The notes under the pieces are model-generated. The model was not told the DNA's origin. It ran no database searches and saw nothing but the letters and a program-made list of their open reading frames with translations. From positions 402,835-466,834 of the forward strand of contig CAWEER010000005.1 in assembly GCA_963808205.1 (NCBI GenBank): a stretch of 64,000 nt of DNA, read 5' to 3'. A program made the translations under genes and the position numbers. The stretch is from an uncultured Alphaproteobacteria bacterium. GTDB lineage: Bacteria > Pseudomonadota > Alphaproteobacteria > Rhizobiales > Xanthobacteraceae. This document shows positions 32,225 through 42,162 of the stretch, piece by piece (the first letter of the stretch is position 1; each line of letters opens with the position of its first letter).

Positions 32225-33142
32225 ATGATGGCCCGCGCACGCGCGCTTATGCCGGCATTACTCGGCCTCGGCTTTGCGGCGGGGCTCACGTTTACCGCCG
32301 CCGGCCAGGATGCGCGGATCGGCGCGCTCTCCGGCACGCTTGAAAAGGTCAAGAACGCGGGCACGATCACGCTCGGCTATCGCGAAAGCTCGCTGCCGTT
32401 CTCCTATCTCAACCACCGCCAGCAGCCGATCGGCTACTCGATCGACTTGTGCCGGGAGATTGTCGAAGAGACCGCGACTGAACTTGACGGCATGGACCTG
32501 AAGATTGCCCTCGCGCCGGTCACCGCGGCCAACCGCCTGGACAAGGTCAAATCGGGCGCCGTCGATCTCGAATGCGGTTCGACCACGAGTAATTTCGAGC
32601 GCCAGAAGGACGTGGCATTTTCGCCGGTCTTCTTTGTCGCCGGCACCAAACTGATGGTACCGAAGGACTCCACCGTAAGCTCCTATCGCGATCTCGCCGG
32701 CAAGACACTGGTCGCCACCGCGGGGACCACCAACGAGGCGGTGATACGGACGCTCAACGACAAGCAAAAGCTCGGCATCACCATCGTCACGGCGCCCGAT
32801 CACGCCCAGTCTTTCGCCATGCTCGCCGCCGGCAAGGCGGATGCCTTCGCCACCGACGACGTCTTGCTGTACGGCATCATCGCCACCGAGCCGAGCGCAC
32901 ACGACATGAAGGTCGTCGGCGAATACCTGTCTTACGATCCCTACGGTCTCGCCTACCGCCGCAACGATCCGGGTTTTGCCGCTGTCGTCGAGCGCGCGTT
33001 TACGCGCATGGCGGGTGAACGCCGGCTCGCCGAGCTCTACAACAAATGGTTCTTGCACCGGCTGCCGACGGGCGAAACGCTGAATTTGCCGATGAGCCCG
33101 CAGCTTGAGGAATTCTTCCGCGTCCTCGGTCAGCCCGACTGA
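32225..33142 (+). CDS. Periplasmic amino-acid ABC substrate-binding protein (GltI-like glutamate/aspartate type)
   Basis: ORF 32150..33142, ATG 32225. Signal peptide, then GTITLGYRESSLPFSY...ECGSTTSNFERQK...FSPVFFVAGTKL. This closely resembles E. coli GltI as I recall it. Confidence 0.85.
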   Translation: MMARARALMPALLGLGFAAGLTFTAAGQDARIGALSGTLEKVKNAGTITLGYRESSLPFSYLNHRQQPIGYSIDLCREIVEETATELDGMDLKIALAPVTAANRLDKVKSGAVDLECGSTTSNFERQKDVAFSPVFFVAGTKLMVPKDSTVSSYRDLAGKTLVATAGTTNEAVIRTLNDKQKLGITIVTAPDHAQSFAMLAAGKADAFATDDVLLYGIIATEPSAHDMKVVGEYLSYDPYGLAYRRNDPGFAAVVERAFTRMAGERRLAELYNKWFLHRLPTGETLNLPMSPQLEEFFRVLGQPD

Positions 33143-33885
33143 CCGCGCCTTGAGAACACGTTACGGATCGCCCCTGACGTGCGCGCAAGAGCGCGCTCGA
33201 TCGCTTCCTCACTCATGCGCGTTGCCGGCCAGCGGTAGATGAAGCCGTATGCGGCCCATATCACGAGATACATGAACACGCCGGCGAACATGACGTCGGA
33301 GAAGAAATGCGCGCCGGCGCCGATACGCAGGACACCGACGCCCGCGCCGAAAACGAGCGCAGCCGCGTAAGCGACGAGCCGCAATTGCGGCGGCGCCAAA
33401 GCGGCCGGCGCCATCGTCCAGAAGGCACCGGATGGCTCGCCGGCGATGAACGAGCAATTGTCCGGGCAGTCGCCGCGCGGATCCCACCACGGCGTGAAGT
33501 GCCCGGTGCCGCCGAATTGCTGGACGTCGATCGGACGCGCGCGATGCCAATGGTCCTTCAGCACGACGTTGGTGAGAAGTCCGGGCCCAAGCGCCAGTGT
33601 CGCGATCAGGAAAATGGCGGCGCGGCCTTCAATGAGCATGGGCCGGTGCGGCAAGACGAGCTTGCCGATGATGGCGATAAAACCCGGCAGCACCAGGAGC
33701 GTGATGAGAATCCGCGCCGCCATCCGCGCATGCTGCACCCAAAGTTGCGCATTGATGCCGAACATATTCACCTTCGGGTCGAAGGCTATTCTCGCAATAT
33801 CAAGATCGAGCTGCGGATCGACGGCGCAAATCACGCCGGCGACAAAGCCTATGGCGAGCGCGATCGTTAGCCCCGTGCGGTTCAT
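33130..33885 (-). CDS. PAP2-family membrane phosphatase (LpxE/LpxF-like)
   Basis: ORF 33130..33963, ATG 33885. PAP2 motifs KDHWHRARP, SFIAGEPSG, GAHFFSDV. Confidence 0.82.
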   Translation of the reverse strand: MNRTGLTIALAIGFVAGVICAVDPQLDLDIARIAFDPKVNMFGINAQLWVQHARMAARILITLLVLPGFIAIIGKLVLPHRPMLIEGRAAIFLIATLALGPGLLTNVVLKDHWHRARPIDVQQFGGTGHFTPWWDPRGDCPDNCSFIAGEPSGAFWTMAPAALAPPQLRLVAYAAALVFGAGVGVLRIGAGAHFFSDVMFAGVFMYLVIWAAYGFIYRWPATRMSEEAIERALARTSGAIRNVFSRRGQSG

Positions 33886-33889
33886 GGGG

Positions 33890-34336
33890 CTATTTCCACG
33901 CGCCTGCACGCCGGCCGGCGAACAGCCAGTAGACCAGCCCGCCGGCAATGCCGGCGGCGGCAAAGACTTCGCGTTCGTGCGTCAAATCGCTGCCCGGAGC
34001 GCCGACATAGCCGGCGAAGTCGAAGCCGTAGACCATGACCATTGCCAGTGCGGCGCCGATCACGCCGTAGATGACCACGGAACGCAATGCGAAACCCTCG
34101 GTGACGATGACGATCAACAGGACCGGCAGGAATCCGACGGCGAAGATCACAAGAGCGCCCAGCCCGACCACGACCCACATTGCGACAGATTGCGCATGCG
34201 GGGATTGCAAGCCCAGTGCATAAAAGAAACTATCCCACTGCGGCGTCAGCGTCGCCACAGCCAGCACCAGCGAAGCGGCGACGCAGGCCCAGACATAGCC
34301 GACGAACATCATCGTGATGCGAAAAAGCACGGCCAT
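33890..34336 (-). CDS. Small integral membrane protein, unknown function
   Basis: ORF 33890..34552, ATG 34336. About 148 aa with four hydrophobic helices. It lies between rlmN and the PAP2 gene on the same strand, with a 4-nt gap. Confidence 0.5.
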   Translation of the reverse strand: MAVLFRITMMFVGYVWACVAASLVLAVATLTPQWDSFFYALGLQSPHAQSVAMWVVVGLGALVIFAVGFLPVLLIVIVTEGFALRSVVIYGVIGAALAMVMVYGFDFAGYVGAPGSDLTHEREVFAAAGIAGGLVYWLFAGRRAGAWK

Positions 34337-34368
34337 GATGCGCTGTCCGGTCCAGTCAGTCCGTGCAA

Positions 34369-35619
34369 TCAGTCGGTCATGGCCATGGCGCGGAGCGCGA
34401 GCCGCTCGCGGGCCGAGAGTTTTTCCGTAGCACTCTTCAGTTGCCCGCAGGCCGCCAGGATGTCGCGGCCGCGCGGCGTGCGCACCGGCGACGCATAACC
34501 GGCATCGAAAACGATTTCGGAGAACTTCTCGATCTGCTCCCAGTCGGAACATTCGTAGATCGTTCCCGGCCAGGGATTGAACGGGATGAGATTGATCTTG
34601 GCCGGAATGCCCTTGAGCAGCCGGACCAGCGCCTTGGCGTCGGCCAGCGAGTCGTTGATGCCCTTGAGCATGACATATTCGAAGGTGATGCGCCGCGCAT
34701 TGGATAGCCCGGGATAATTCCGGCAGGCCTCGAGCAACTCGCGCAACGGAAATTTGCGGTTGAGCGGCACGAGCCGATCGCGCAGTTCGTCGGTGACGGC
34801 ATGCAGAGATACCGCGAGCATGGATCCGATCTCGGCGCCGGCGCGCGCGATATTGGAAACGACGCCGGATGTCGACAATGTGATGCGCCGCTTCGAAATG
34901 CTCAAACCCTCGCCATCGGCAACGACCGCAAGCCCATCGCGCACCGCCTCGAAATTGTAGAGTGGCTCGCCCATTCCCATCATAACGATGTTGGAAACAA
35001 GGCGCTTGCGCTGTTCAGTCTCGCCTCCCGCAAGAGCCGGCTGTGTTTCGCTCTTGAGCGTCCAATCGTTGAGCCGGTCGCGCGCCAGCACGACCTGCCC
35101 CGCGATCTCGGCTGCGGTGAGATTGCGGACGAGGCGTTGCGTGCCGGTATGGCAGAACGAGCAATTGAGCGTGCAGCCGACCTGGCTCGAAATGCACAGC
35201 GTGCCGCGATCGGTTTCGGGAATATAAACGCATTCGATCTCGTGGGGCGTGCCGCCGGCCTCGCCCGGCAGGCGGATCAGCCATTTACGCGTGCCGTCGG
35301 CAGAAATCTGCTCGGCGGCGATTTCGGGCCGCGCCAAAGTGAAGCGTTGCGCCAGCGCGCCGCGCAGTTCCTTCGACAGTGTCGTCATGGTTTCGAAGTC
35401 TTGCGCGCCTCGCACATAAATCCAGTGCCATATCTGCTGCACGCGCATGCGGCGTTGCCGCTCCGGAACGCCGGCCTCGCCCAGAGCCGTGCCCAGTTCC
35501 TCGCGCGAGATACCGACAAGCGACGGCTGCGCCGGCGCGCGATAGCTCTCGAGCGGCCGTTTCTCGATGAAGGCGACCGCCGGAGCGGCGCGTTCTGTTG
35601 CGGCAGACGGTACGGTCAT
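34369..35619 (-). CDS. rlmN: 23S rRNA/tRNA (adenine-C2)-methyltransferase RlmN (radical SAM)
   Basis: [34 protein letters not shown]. Confidence 0.95.
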   Translation of the reverse strand: MTVPSAATERAAPAVAFIEKRPLESYRAPAQPSLVGISREELGTALGEAGVPERQRRMRVQQIWHWIYVRGAQDFETMTTLSKELRGALAQRFTLARPEIAAEQISADGTRKWLIRLPGEAGGTPHEIECVYIPETDRGTLCISSQVGCTLNCSFCHTGTQRLVRNLTAAEIAGQVVLARDRLNDWTLKSETQPALAGGETEQRKRLVSNIVMMGMGEPLYNFEAVRDGLAVVADGEGLSISKRRITLSTSGVVSNIARAGAEIGSMLAVSLHAVTDELRDRLVPLNRKFPLRELLEACRNYPGLSNARRITFEYVMLKGINDSLADAKALVRLLKGIPAKINLIPFNPWPGTIYECSDWEQIEKFSEIVFDAGYASPVRTPRGRDILAACGQLKSATEKLSARERLALRAMAMTD

Positions 35620-35695
35620 GATCGATCCAGAGAGCGCGGCGCGCTAAAGGCGATAGATGGGGTGGAGGCCGCCCTGCCGACAGGGACCAGCGGCG

Positions 35696-36358
35696 TTACT
35701 TGCAATCCTGCGCGATCCGGTCGAGCGCCTGCGAGATGCCCCGAAGCGTGAACGTATCGCTCGATTGCGTTCCCTTCGCTGACGTGCCCTTGACCACCGC
35801 GCTCTCGCCCGACCGCATGGCGGTGAGCATATTCGCTTCGTCGGCTGCGTTCTTGATCCAGGCGCCGTCCTGCTGAGTATAGAGCGCAAACGTCGTCGAG
35901 CCGACCTGCGCGCTGGCATCGGAACCGGGCTTGAACGGATAACCAACGATAATGGAAACCTCGTCCGTCACCTTTTCCGCCGGCCGCGTCGAAATGAACA
36001 TATAGATCGGATTACGAGGCCGGTTCGGCGGAATGGTCGTGGAAGAACTCGGCTTGGCCAGCGCGAAGCAGGTTTTCTTGCCGCCAGGCGACGCGCTGTA
36101 GGCGCCCCAATCACCGTACTGGCCGAGGAGTTTCGGCTGCGCGCCGCCGGCAACCGCGGCGGCCGGCGAGGCAGGTTTTGGCGCCGCCGCAGTGGCGGGC
36201 TTCGGCGCCGCCGGCTTGGGCGGAGGTTTTGGCTTGGGTGGCGCCGCGGCCGGTGCGGAAGATGACGGCGCGGCGGATTGCTGCGCGGCAGCCGGAACGG
36301 CCAATCCCGCCGCCACGAGCAGCAAGAGAACCAGCCTCCATCGTCGCTCGATTCGCAT
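35696..36358 (-). CDS. Invasion-associated locus B (IalB) family exported protein
   Basis: ORF 35696..36532, ATG 36358. Signal peptide, an Ala/Pro/Lys-rich linker, then YGDWGAYSASPGGKKTCFALAKP.... Confidence 0.8.
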   Translation of the reverse strand: MRIERRWRLVLLLLVAAGLAVPAAAQQSAAPSSSAPAAAPPKPKPPPKPAAPKPATAAAPKPASPAAAVAGGAQPKLLGQYGDWGAYSASPGGKKTCFALAKPSSSTTIPPNRPRNPIYMFISTRPAEKVTDEVSIIVGYPFKPGSDASAQVGSTTFALYTQQDGAWIKNAADEANMLTAMRSGESAVVKGTSAKGTQSSDTFTLRGISQALDRIAQDCK

Positions 36359-36651
36359 CGGGCCTCGCAGAAACGCCCCGGACAGTGATACCAAACCTCT
36401 CAAGTTTAATCCAATTCGGCCAATTCGCCATTCCAGGGTGCTGCAACCCCGTCTTACCGGGCCGGGCCCATCCCCGCGTTCCAGGTCCGCCGCACGGCGG
36501 AACCTAACGGAACCAGCAAGCCTGCAAGCCAAGCCTGCAAGCCATGTCCCCCGCGGGCAGCAGGCAGATGGACACTTCCAACACCCGCCCGTTTCGTGGT
36601 TATGAATTTCGGCGCGCGAACACCTACCCGCGCCCTGGACATAGCAAAACC

Positions 36652-37626
36652 ATGAAAGCCGTCCTTTGCAAACGCTTCGGCACGCCCGACGACCTCGAAT
36701 TGGCTGACATCGATGAGCCGCGCGCCGGCCCCGGCGAGGCGCTGGTGCGAATCAAGGCGACGGCTCTGAATTTCTTCGACACGCTGATCATCGCCGGGAA
36801 ATATCAGCACAAGCCGCCGTTTCCGTTCTCGCCCGGAGCGGAGTTTTCCGGCGTTGTCGAACACATCGGCCCGGGCGTCACCGGCGTTGCTCCGGGCGAT
36901 CGCGTCATGGGCAATACCGGCTGGGGTGCCGCGCGCGAAGCCATCGCGGTCCCGGCCAGTCTGCTTGTCAAAGTACCCGACACGCTGTCCTTCGAACGCG
37001 CCGCCGGCCTCACCGTCATCTACGGCACGACGCTTTATGCGCTGCGCGAGCGCGCCGCATTAAAGCCCGGCGAGTCGCTCGTCGTCCTCGGCGCCTCCGG
37101 CGGCACCGGCCTTGCGGCAATCGAAATCGGCAAGACCATGGGCGCGCGCGTCATCGCCTGTGCGTCCTCCGACGAGAAACTCGTATTCGCCCGCGAGCAC
37201 GGCGCCGACGAAACGGTGAACTATGCCAGCGAAGACTTGCGCAATGCGCTCAAGCGGCTCGGCGGCGAGCACGGCATCGATGTCGCTTACGATCCGGTCG
37301 GCGGACCTTATGCGGAGCCTGTCATACGTTCGCTCGCCTGGCTCGGCCGTTATCTCGTGGTCGGCTTCGCGTCGGGCGAGATACCCAAAATTCCGCTTAA
37401 TCTCGCACTTCTGAAAAGCTGCGACATCCGCGGCGTGTTCTGGGGTACCTGGACCAAACGCGAGCCGCAGGCGCAGCGCGCCCTGATGAGCCAGATCGTG
37501 GAGTGGTGCGCGCAGGGCAAGCTGAGCGCGCATGTCCACGCGGTCTATCCGCTAAAGGACATCGCGGCAGCGCTCAAAGCCATCGCCGATCGCAAGGTGA
37601 TGGGCAAGATCGTGCTGCGCCCGTGA
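36652..37626 (+). CDS. NADPH:quinone oxidoreductase / zinc-type alcohol dehydrogenase superfamily protein
   Basis: ORF 36544..37626, ATG 36652. MKAVLCKRFG..., nucleotide-binding GASGGTGLAAIEIGK. Confidence 0.88.
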   Translation: MKAVLCKRFGTPDDLELADIDEPRAGPGEALVRIKATALNFFDTLIIAGKYQHKPPFPFSPGAEFSGVVEHIGPGVTGVAPGDRVMGNTGWGAAREAIAVPASLLVKVPDTLSFERAAGLTVIYGTTLYALRERAALKPGESLVVLGASGGTGLAAIEIGKTMGARVIACASSDEKLVFAREHGADETVNYASEDLRNALKRLGGEHGIDVAYDPVGGPYAEPVIRSLAWLGRYLVVGFASGEIPKIPLNLALLKSCDIRGVFWGTWTKREPQAQRALMSQIVEWCAQGKLSAHVHAVYPLKDIAAALKAIADRKVMGKIVLRP

Positions 37627-37669
37627 CGGGCGCAGCATCGCAATAGCGGAACTCCTATTCGGAAAAGAT

Positions 37670-38080
37670 TCAGACGTCTTCGCGCAGCCGCGCCAGCATG
37701 CGCCGCGCCGCTTCGCGATGCTCCGGCTTGATATGCGATGACATGATCTTCAGCGCGCCGGCAATCACCGCAGCGTCATCGGCATAACCGATCACCGGAA
37801 TGTAGTCCGGGATCAGGTCGTCCGGCACGACGAAATAGACGATCGCGCCGACCAGGACGGCTTTCACGTAAACCGGAGTCTGACGGTCGAACGCGCAATA
37901 ATGCGCGGTCAGCACTTCTTCCAGGAAAGGAATGTTTGCGGCCTCGCGCAGCAACTTGCGCCAGAATTTGCGCCGCAGGCTGTTCTCGTCGGACTTCATC
38001 CGGCGGGTCAGCGCGGCAAAATCCGGCCAAAAACTCGGCCAGAAACTCGGCCATGACGCGGTCTGCTGCCAAAAGGCCAT
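37670..38080 (-). CDS. YkvA/DUF1232-family membrane protein
   Basis: ORF 37670..38107, ATG 38080. DLIPDYIPVIGYADDAAV is the DUF1232 hallmark. The N-terminus carries a WPSF-WPSF-WPDF repeat. Confidence 0.72.
   Translation of the reverse strand: MAFWQQTASWPSFWPSFWPDFAALTRRMKSDENSLRRKFWRKLLREAANIPFLEEVLTAHYCAFDRQTPVYVKAVLVGAIVYFVVPDDLIPDYIPVIGYADDAAVIAGALKIMSSHIKPEHREAARRMLARLREDV
38018..38053. repeat. In-frame 12-nt tandem repeat x3 inside the DUF1232 gene
   Basis: Plus strand aaaatccggcca / aaaactcggcca / gaaactcggcca, encoding WPSF WPSF WPDF on the minus strand. Confidence 0.85.
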
Positions 38081-38161
38081 CGGCCCCTCCCCGGGCTGCG
38101 TGATCAAGACGCCCGAACCGCAAAAACATGGTTGCGAAAGACGGCGGCCGCAAGGCTAAAA

Positions 38162-38452
38162 TCAGCCCGCCAGTTTATCCATGGATTCGGCCAGCTTGAC
38201 GTCGAGTTCGGTCAAACCGCCGGCATCGTGCGTCGACAATGTTACTTCCACCGTCTTGTAGACGTTGAACCATTCGGGATGGTGGTCGAGTTTTTCCGCA
38301 ACCAGGGCGGCGCGCGTCATAAAGCCAAAAGCCTGGTTGAAATCGGCAAAAACGAATTTCCTCGTAATAGCGTCACGGCCCGCAACCTCACTCCAGCCTT
38401 TGAGCCGAGCGAGCGCATTCTTGCGGGCCTCGCCGGCAAGTTTCTGGGCCAT
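38162..38452 (-). CDS. phhB: Pterin-4-alpha-carbinolamine dehydratase
   Basis: ORF 38162..38566. ATG 38452 sits behind [37 protein letters not shown]. Confidence 0.9.
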   Translation of the reverse strand: MAQKLAGEARKNALARLKGWSEVAGRDAITRKFVFADFNQAFGFMTRAALVAEKLDHHPEWFNVYKTVEVTLSTHDAGGLTELDVKLAESMDKLAG

Positions 38453-38825
38453 GGATAACCTCCGTAGATGTAGAAACGCGCGGAATCTTGCCCGGCGCGG
38501 CGGGGTCTTTCGTACCAAACAATGCCGGGAGGCGCGAATTTGATCCCCGGGACCGCCGGAAGGCACTCATTGGGGCGGCGATCCGTCAAAGTCGAGCCAC
38601 AGATCGCTGCAAAACTCCAGCCTGCGGGCCGTTCCGGCGATTAACCAACGCCACGGTTTGTTGCTCGAACGCGTAGACCTGCCATGGCGTCAAAACCGCG
38701 AAGCCGTGTTAGGATTAACCATGCCACCCGGCCTACCGCATCGACCGCCGCTTGCCATGAGGCTTTGGCTGTCCCGGCGTGGCGCAAGCGGGTCAGGAAC
38801 GTCCGGCAGCTCATTGGGCCACGCC

Positions 38826-40353
38826 ATGGGTATCGAGTCGCTTGAACATATGATGCGCAACCGCATGCGGATGTTTCTCCGCCACACCTGGCTCGTCACC
38901 ATCCTGGGCACGCTTGCGCTCGGCGGCATGGTCTGGGCCGGTTTTTATTTCACCACCCAGGCCGATCACATGCGGATTGCCGCCGGACCCGTCGACGCCA
39001 AATTTGTTGAGGCGCTGGCCACCGAACTCAGCGACGGCCACCATAATCTGACATTGCAGATCGTCCCGACGCAGAGTTCCAAGGACACTGCCGAGGCGAT
39101 GAGCAAAAATGAAGCCGACCTGGCCATCCTGCCGAGCAATCTCGACAACTCGCTCAATTGGCCGACGATCGCCATTCTTCGGCAAAACGTCATGGCACTC
39201 ATCGTTCTTCCGCCGCCTCCCGCGAAGCAGCCCGACACCGCCGCGGCGACGAAAGCCGCCAAGGGCGGCAAGAGTGCCAAACCTTCCAAACCTTCCAAAC
39301 CTGCGAAAGCCGCCAAGAGCGACGACGACGACGACGAGCGATAGCAGCGACGACAGCGACAGCAAGAAATTCGGCAAGGTCACGCAGCTTTCCGGCAAGC
39401 GCGTCGGCATCGTGACCGGCAACGAAGCGACAACCGGGCTGCTTGAGCTATTGCTCAGCCATTACGGCGTTCCGCTCGCCAAGGTGACAGTTTCGGAAAT
39501 CGATCCGAAAAATCTGGCCGACGCGATCAGGAATAACCAGGTTGACGTGCTGTTTGTCGCCGGTGCGGCAACCGGCCAGGCCGTTTCCAGCACGGTTGCG
39601 GCGGCCACCCAGAACGGCGTTGCGCCGACCTTCATCGCGATCGATCAGGCCGACGGCATCGCCAAGCGCAATCCGGCATTCGACTCAATCAGCATCGACG
39701 CCGGCACGTTCGGCGGCAACCCGCCGGCGCCGAGCGACGACCTCAACAGTCTCAGCTTCGGCGAATATCTCGTGGCGCGCAAATCCTTCAGCGCGTCGGT
39801 CGTCGGTACGCTGACGAAGGTGATCTACGCGTCGCGGCAGAAGCTCGCCGCCGCGGTGCCCGGCGACATCAAGATTGCAGCGCCCTCGACTGACAAGGAC
39901 GGCGACGTCGTCGTGCATCCTGGCGCGCTCGCTTATCTGACGGATAATCAGCAGTCGTTCTTCGACAAATACGGCGACGATATCTTTTACGGCATGCTGA
40001 TCTTCCCGGTATTCGGCTCGGCGATCGCCGGCCTCGCGAGCTATCTGCGCAGCGACACCCGCACGCGCCGGCTGCGGCTCCTGCAACGCGTGCTCGATCT
40101 TGTCCGCAAGGCCCATAGCGCCCAGACGCTGGAGGCGCTCGAACATCTCCAGATCGAGGCCGACAACCTCGTGATCGCCATCATCCATCAGAGCGAGCAC
40201 GAGGAGTTCGACGAGACGGTGCGCATGTCGTTCGCATTCGCTCTCGACCAGCTCCGCTTCACCATGGCTGCGCGCCGCACCGCCATCCTCGATCATGCCG
40301 GCACGAGCACCGCGGCGGCCGAGGCCGGGGGCTCCAAGGCCGCCGCAGCCTGA
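38826..40353 (+). pseudogene. TAXI-family (TRAP-type) solute-binding-like membrane protein, split by a +1 frame break inside a low-complexity insert
   Basis: ORF 38658..39344 carries a TM segment plus the first TAXI half (RIAAGPVDAKFVEALA...EADLAILPSN) and ends ...AKSDDDDDER*. ORF 39109..40353, in the next frame, continues SDSSDDSDSKKFGKVTQLSGKRVGIVTG...VDVLFVAG.... That is followed by a TM segment and a roughly 110-aa helical tail. The break is at about 39336, after (GAC)5. The span is 1528 nt (3n+1). The start at 38826 is a guess. Confidence 0.7.
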
Positions 40354-40488
40354 TTTTCCCGGGTAAAAAGCCCGGGAACTCCGGAACTTTGCGGCATTGG
40401 GCCACTGCAGAGTCACCGTGCCGTCGCATAATGTTCGGACCTTCGTCAGAATCACCAGCCAGCTTCCGCCCCGACCAGCGGAGGCCCA

Positions 40489-42078
40489 ATGGCCGTTTGG
40501 ATGCGAGGCCGCGCAACGCTGACGCGTCGCGCACTATTGAAGACCGCATCGGCAACGGCGGCGATAACTGCGCTCGGCGGCATCGCGCGGCCGTCGCTGA
40601 GCTTCGCGCCGGATCGCCCTCAAATCACCCACGGCGTGCAATCCGGCGATGTGTCCGGCGGCTCCGGCATGGTCTGGGCTCGCGCCGACCGCCCCTCGCG
40701 CATGCTGGTCGAGGTTGCAACCACCGACAGCTTTCGTGATGTGCGCAGCGGAGTTTTTATCGATGCCCTCCCGGAATCGGATTTCACCGCCAAGGCGCTG
40801 ATCGAGGATCTGCCGCCGGGCCAGGACATTTTCTATCGCATCAGTTTCCAGGACCTCGCCACCGCCGTGTTCGGCGAGCCGCAGGTCGGACACCTCCGTA
40901 CGCCGCCCGGCGACCGCCGGTCGATTTCATTCCTGTGGTCGGGCGACACGATGGGCCAGGGCTGGGGCATCGACACGGCGCGCGGCGGCATGCGCACCTA
41001 CGCGAGCATGGCGCGCAACGAGCCGGACTTTTTCATCCATTGCGGCGACAACATCTATGCCGATTGCCCGATCAGGCCCGAGCAAAAGCTTCCCGACGGC
41101 GGGCATTGGCGCAACATCGTCACCGAAGAGAAATCGAAGCCCGCGGAGACGCTCGCCGACTATCGCGGCAACTACAAATACAATCTGCTCGACGAAAACC
41201 TGCGCGTCTTCAATGCGCAAGTGCCGACGCTGGCGTTATGGGATAATCACGAAGTCATGGAATCGTGGTGGCCGGGCGAGCCCTTGCCGCAAAAGCCCGC
41301 GGGTGAAACCAATGCGCTCATCTTCGCGGCGCGTGGCCGCCGGGCGTTCCACGAATTCCTGCCCACCCGCCAATCGATGGCCGAGCCGGGACGCGTCTAT
41401 CGCAAAATTTCCTATGGCCCGTTGCTCGATGTCTTCACGCTCGACATGCGCAGCTATCGCGGTCCGGACGGGCCGCATGCCGACCGCATCTATCGCCCTG
41501 ATGACTATCTGCTCGGACCGGACCAGATCGCATGGCTCAAGCGCGAGCTTTCGCGTTCACACGCAACCTGGAAAGTGATCGCGGCCGACTCGCCGATCGG
41601 CTACGTCCTCAATGGCGGCGGCGATACCGATACCGATACCGGGCCGCACGGCCGCGGCATCGAATTCGCCGAGCTCCTGTGTTTCATCAAGCACGCCGGC
41701 ATCCGCAATACGCTGTGGATCACCGCCGACCTGCACTACACGGCCGCGCATTTTTACGATCCGAACCGGGCCGCATTCCAGGATTTCGAGCCGTTTTGGG
41801 AATTCGTTTCCGGACCGATCCATGCCGGAACCTGGCCGCAGGTAGAACTGGACAAGACATTCGGTCCGCAGGTCGTGTTCCACAAAGCCTCGAGCAAAGA
41901 CCAGGGCGAGAATCTTGCGCCGTGCTACGGGCTCCAATTCTTCGGCCGGATGGCCATCGACGGCGCAACCGGGTGCCTGACGGTCACGCTCAAGGACGTC
42001 GAAGACCGGGCGCTCTGGTCGACCACGCTCGATCCCACGCCCGTTCCCGCCGCGCAAATGAGCATGTTGAGGCTTTAA
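40489..42078 (+). CDS. phoD: Alkaline phosphatase D family protein, Tat-exported
   Basis: Tat signal TRRALLKTASATAAITALGG. PhoD-like metallophosphatase core (FIHCGDNIYAD, WDNHEV, ADLHYTAA). Confidence 0.9.
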   Translation: MAVWMRGRATLTRRALLKTASATAAITALGGIARPSLSFAPDRPQITHGVQSGDVSGGSGMVWARADRPSRMLVEVATTDSFRDVRSGVFIDALPESDFTAKALIEDLPPGQDIFYRISFQDLATAVFGEPQVGHLRTPPGDRRSISFLWSGDTMGQGWGIDTARGGMRTYASMARNEPDFFIHCGDNIYADCPIRPEQKLPDGGHWRNIVTEEKSKPAETLADYRGNYKYNLLDENLRVFNAQVPTLALWDNHEVMESWWPGEPLPQKPAGETNALIFAARGRRAFHEFLPTRQSMAEPGRVYRKISYGPLLDVFTLDMRSYRGPDGPHADRIYRPDDYLLGPDQIAWLKRELSRSHATWKVIAADSPIGYVLNGGGDTDTDTGPHGRGIEFAELLCFIKHAGIRNTLWITADLHYTAAHFYDPNRAAFQDFEPFWEFVSGPIHAGTWPQVELDKTFGPQVVFHKASSKDQGENLAPCYGLQFFGRMAIDGATGCLTVTLKDVEDRALWSTTLDPTPVPAAQMSMLRL

Positions 42079-42162
42079 TCGCCCGATTGCTTCCTCGCGG
42101 AAACCGATTATATACGGCCCTGAATCGCGGGCCCTTGGGGCTCGTTTTTGGTTTATGGATCA

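Noticed and set aside
40411-40428. Possible Pho box upstream of phoD (aGTCAC cgtgcc GTCGCa, 11-nt periodicity).
   Set aside because: Only 3-4 of 6 positions per half-site match the CTGTCAT-type repeat. That is too weak to call without a matrix scan.
41623-41640. (GATACC) x3 repeat. The aaaccttcc repeats at about 39283-39303 were noticed for the same reason.
   Set aside because: These are short in-frame coding repeats: GDTDTDTG in PhoD and KPSKPSKP in the TAXI insert. They are not CRISPR-like or mobile.
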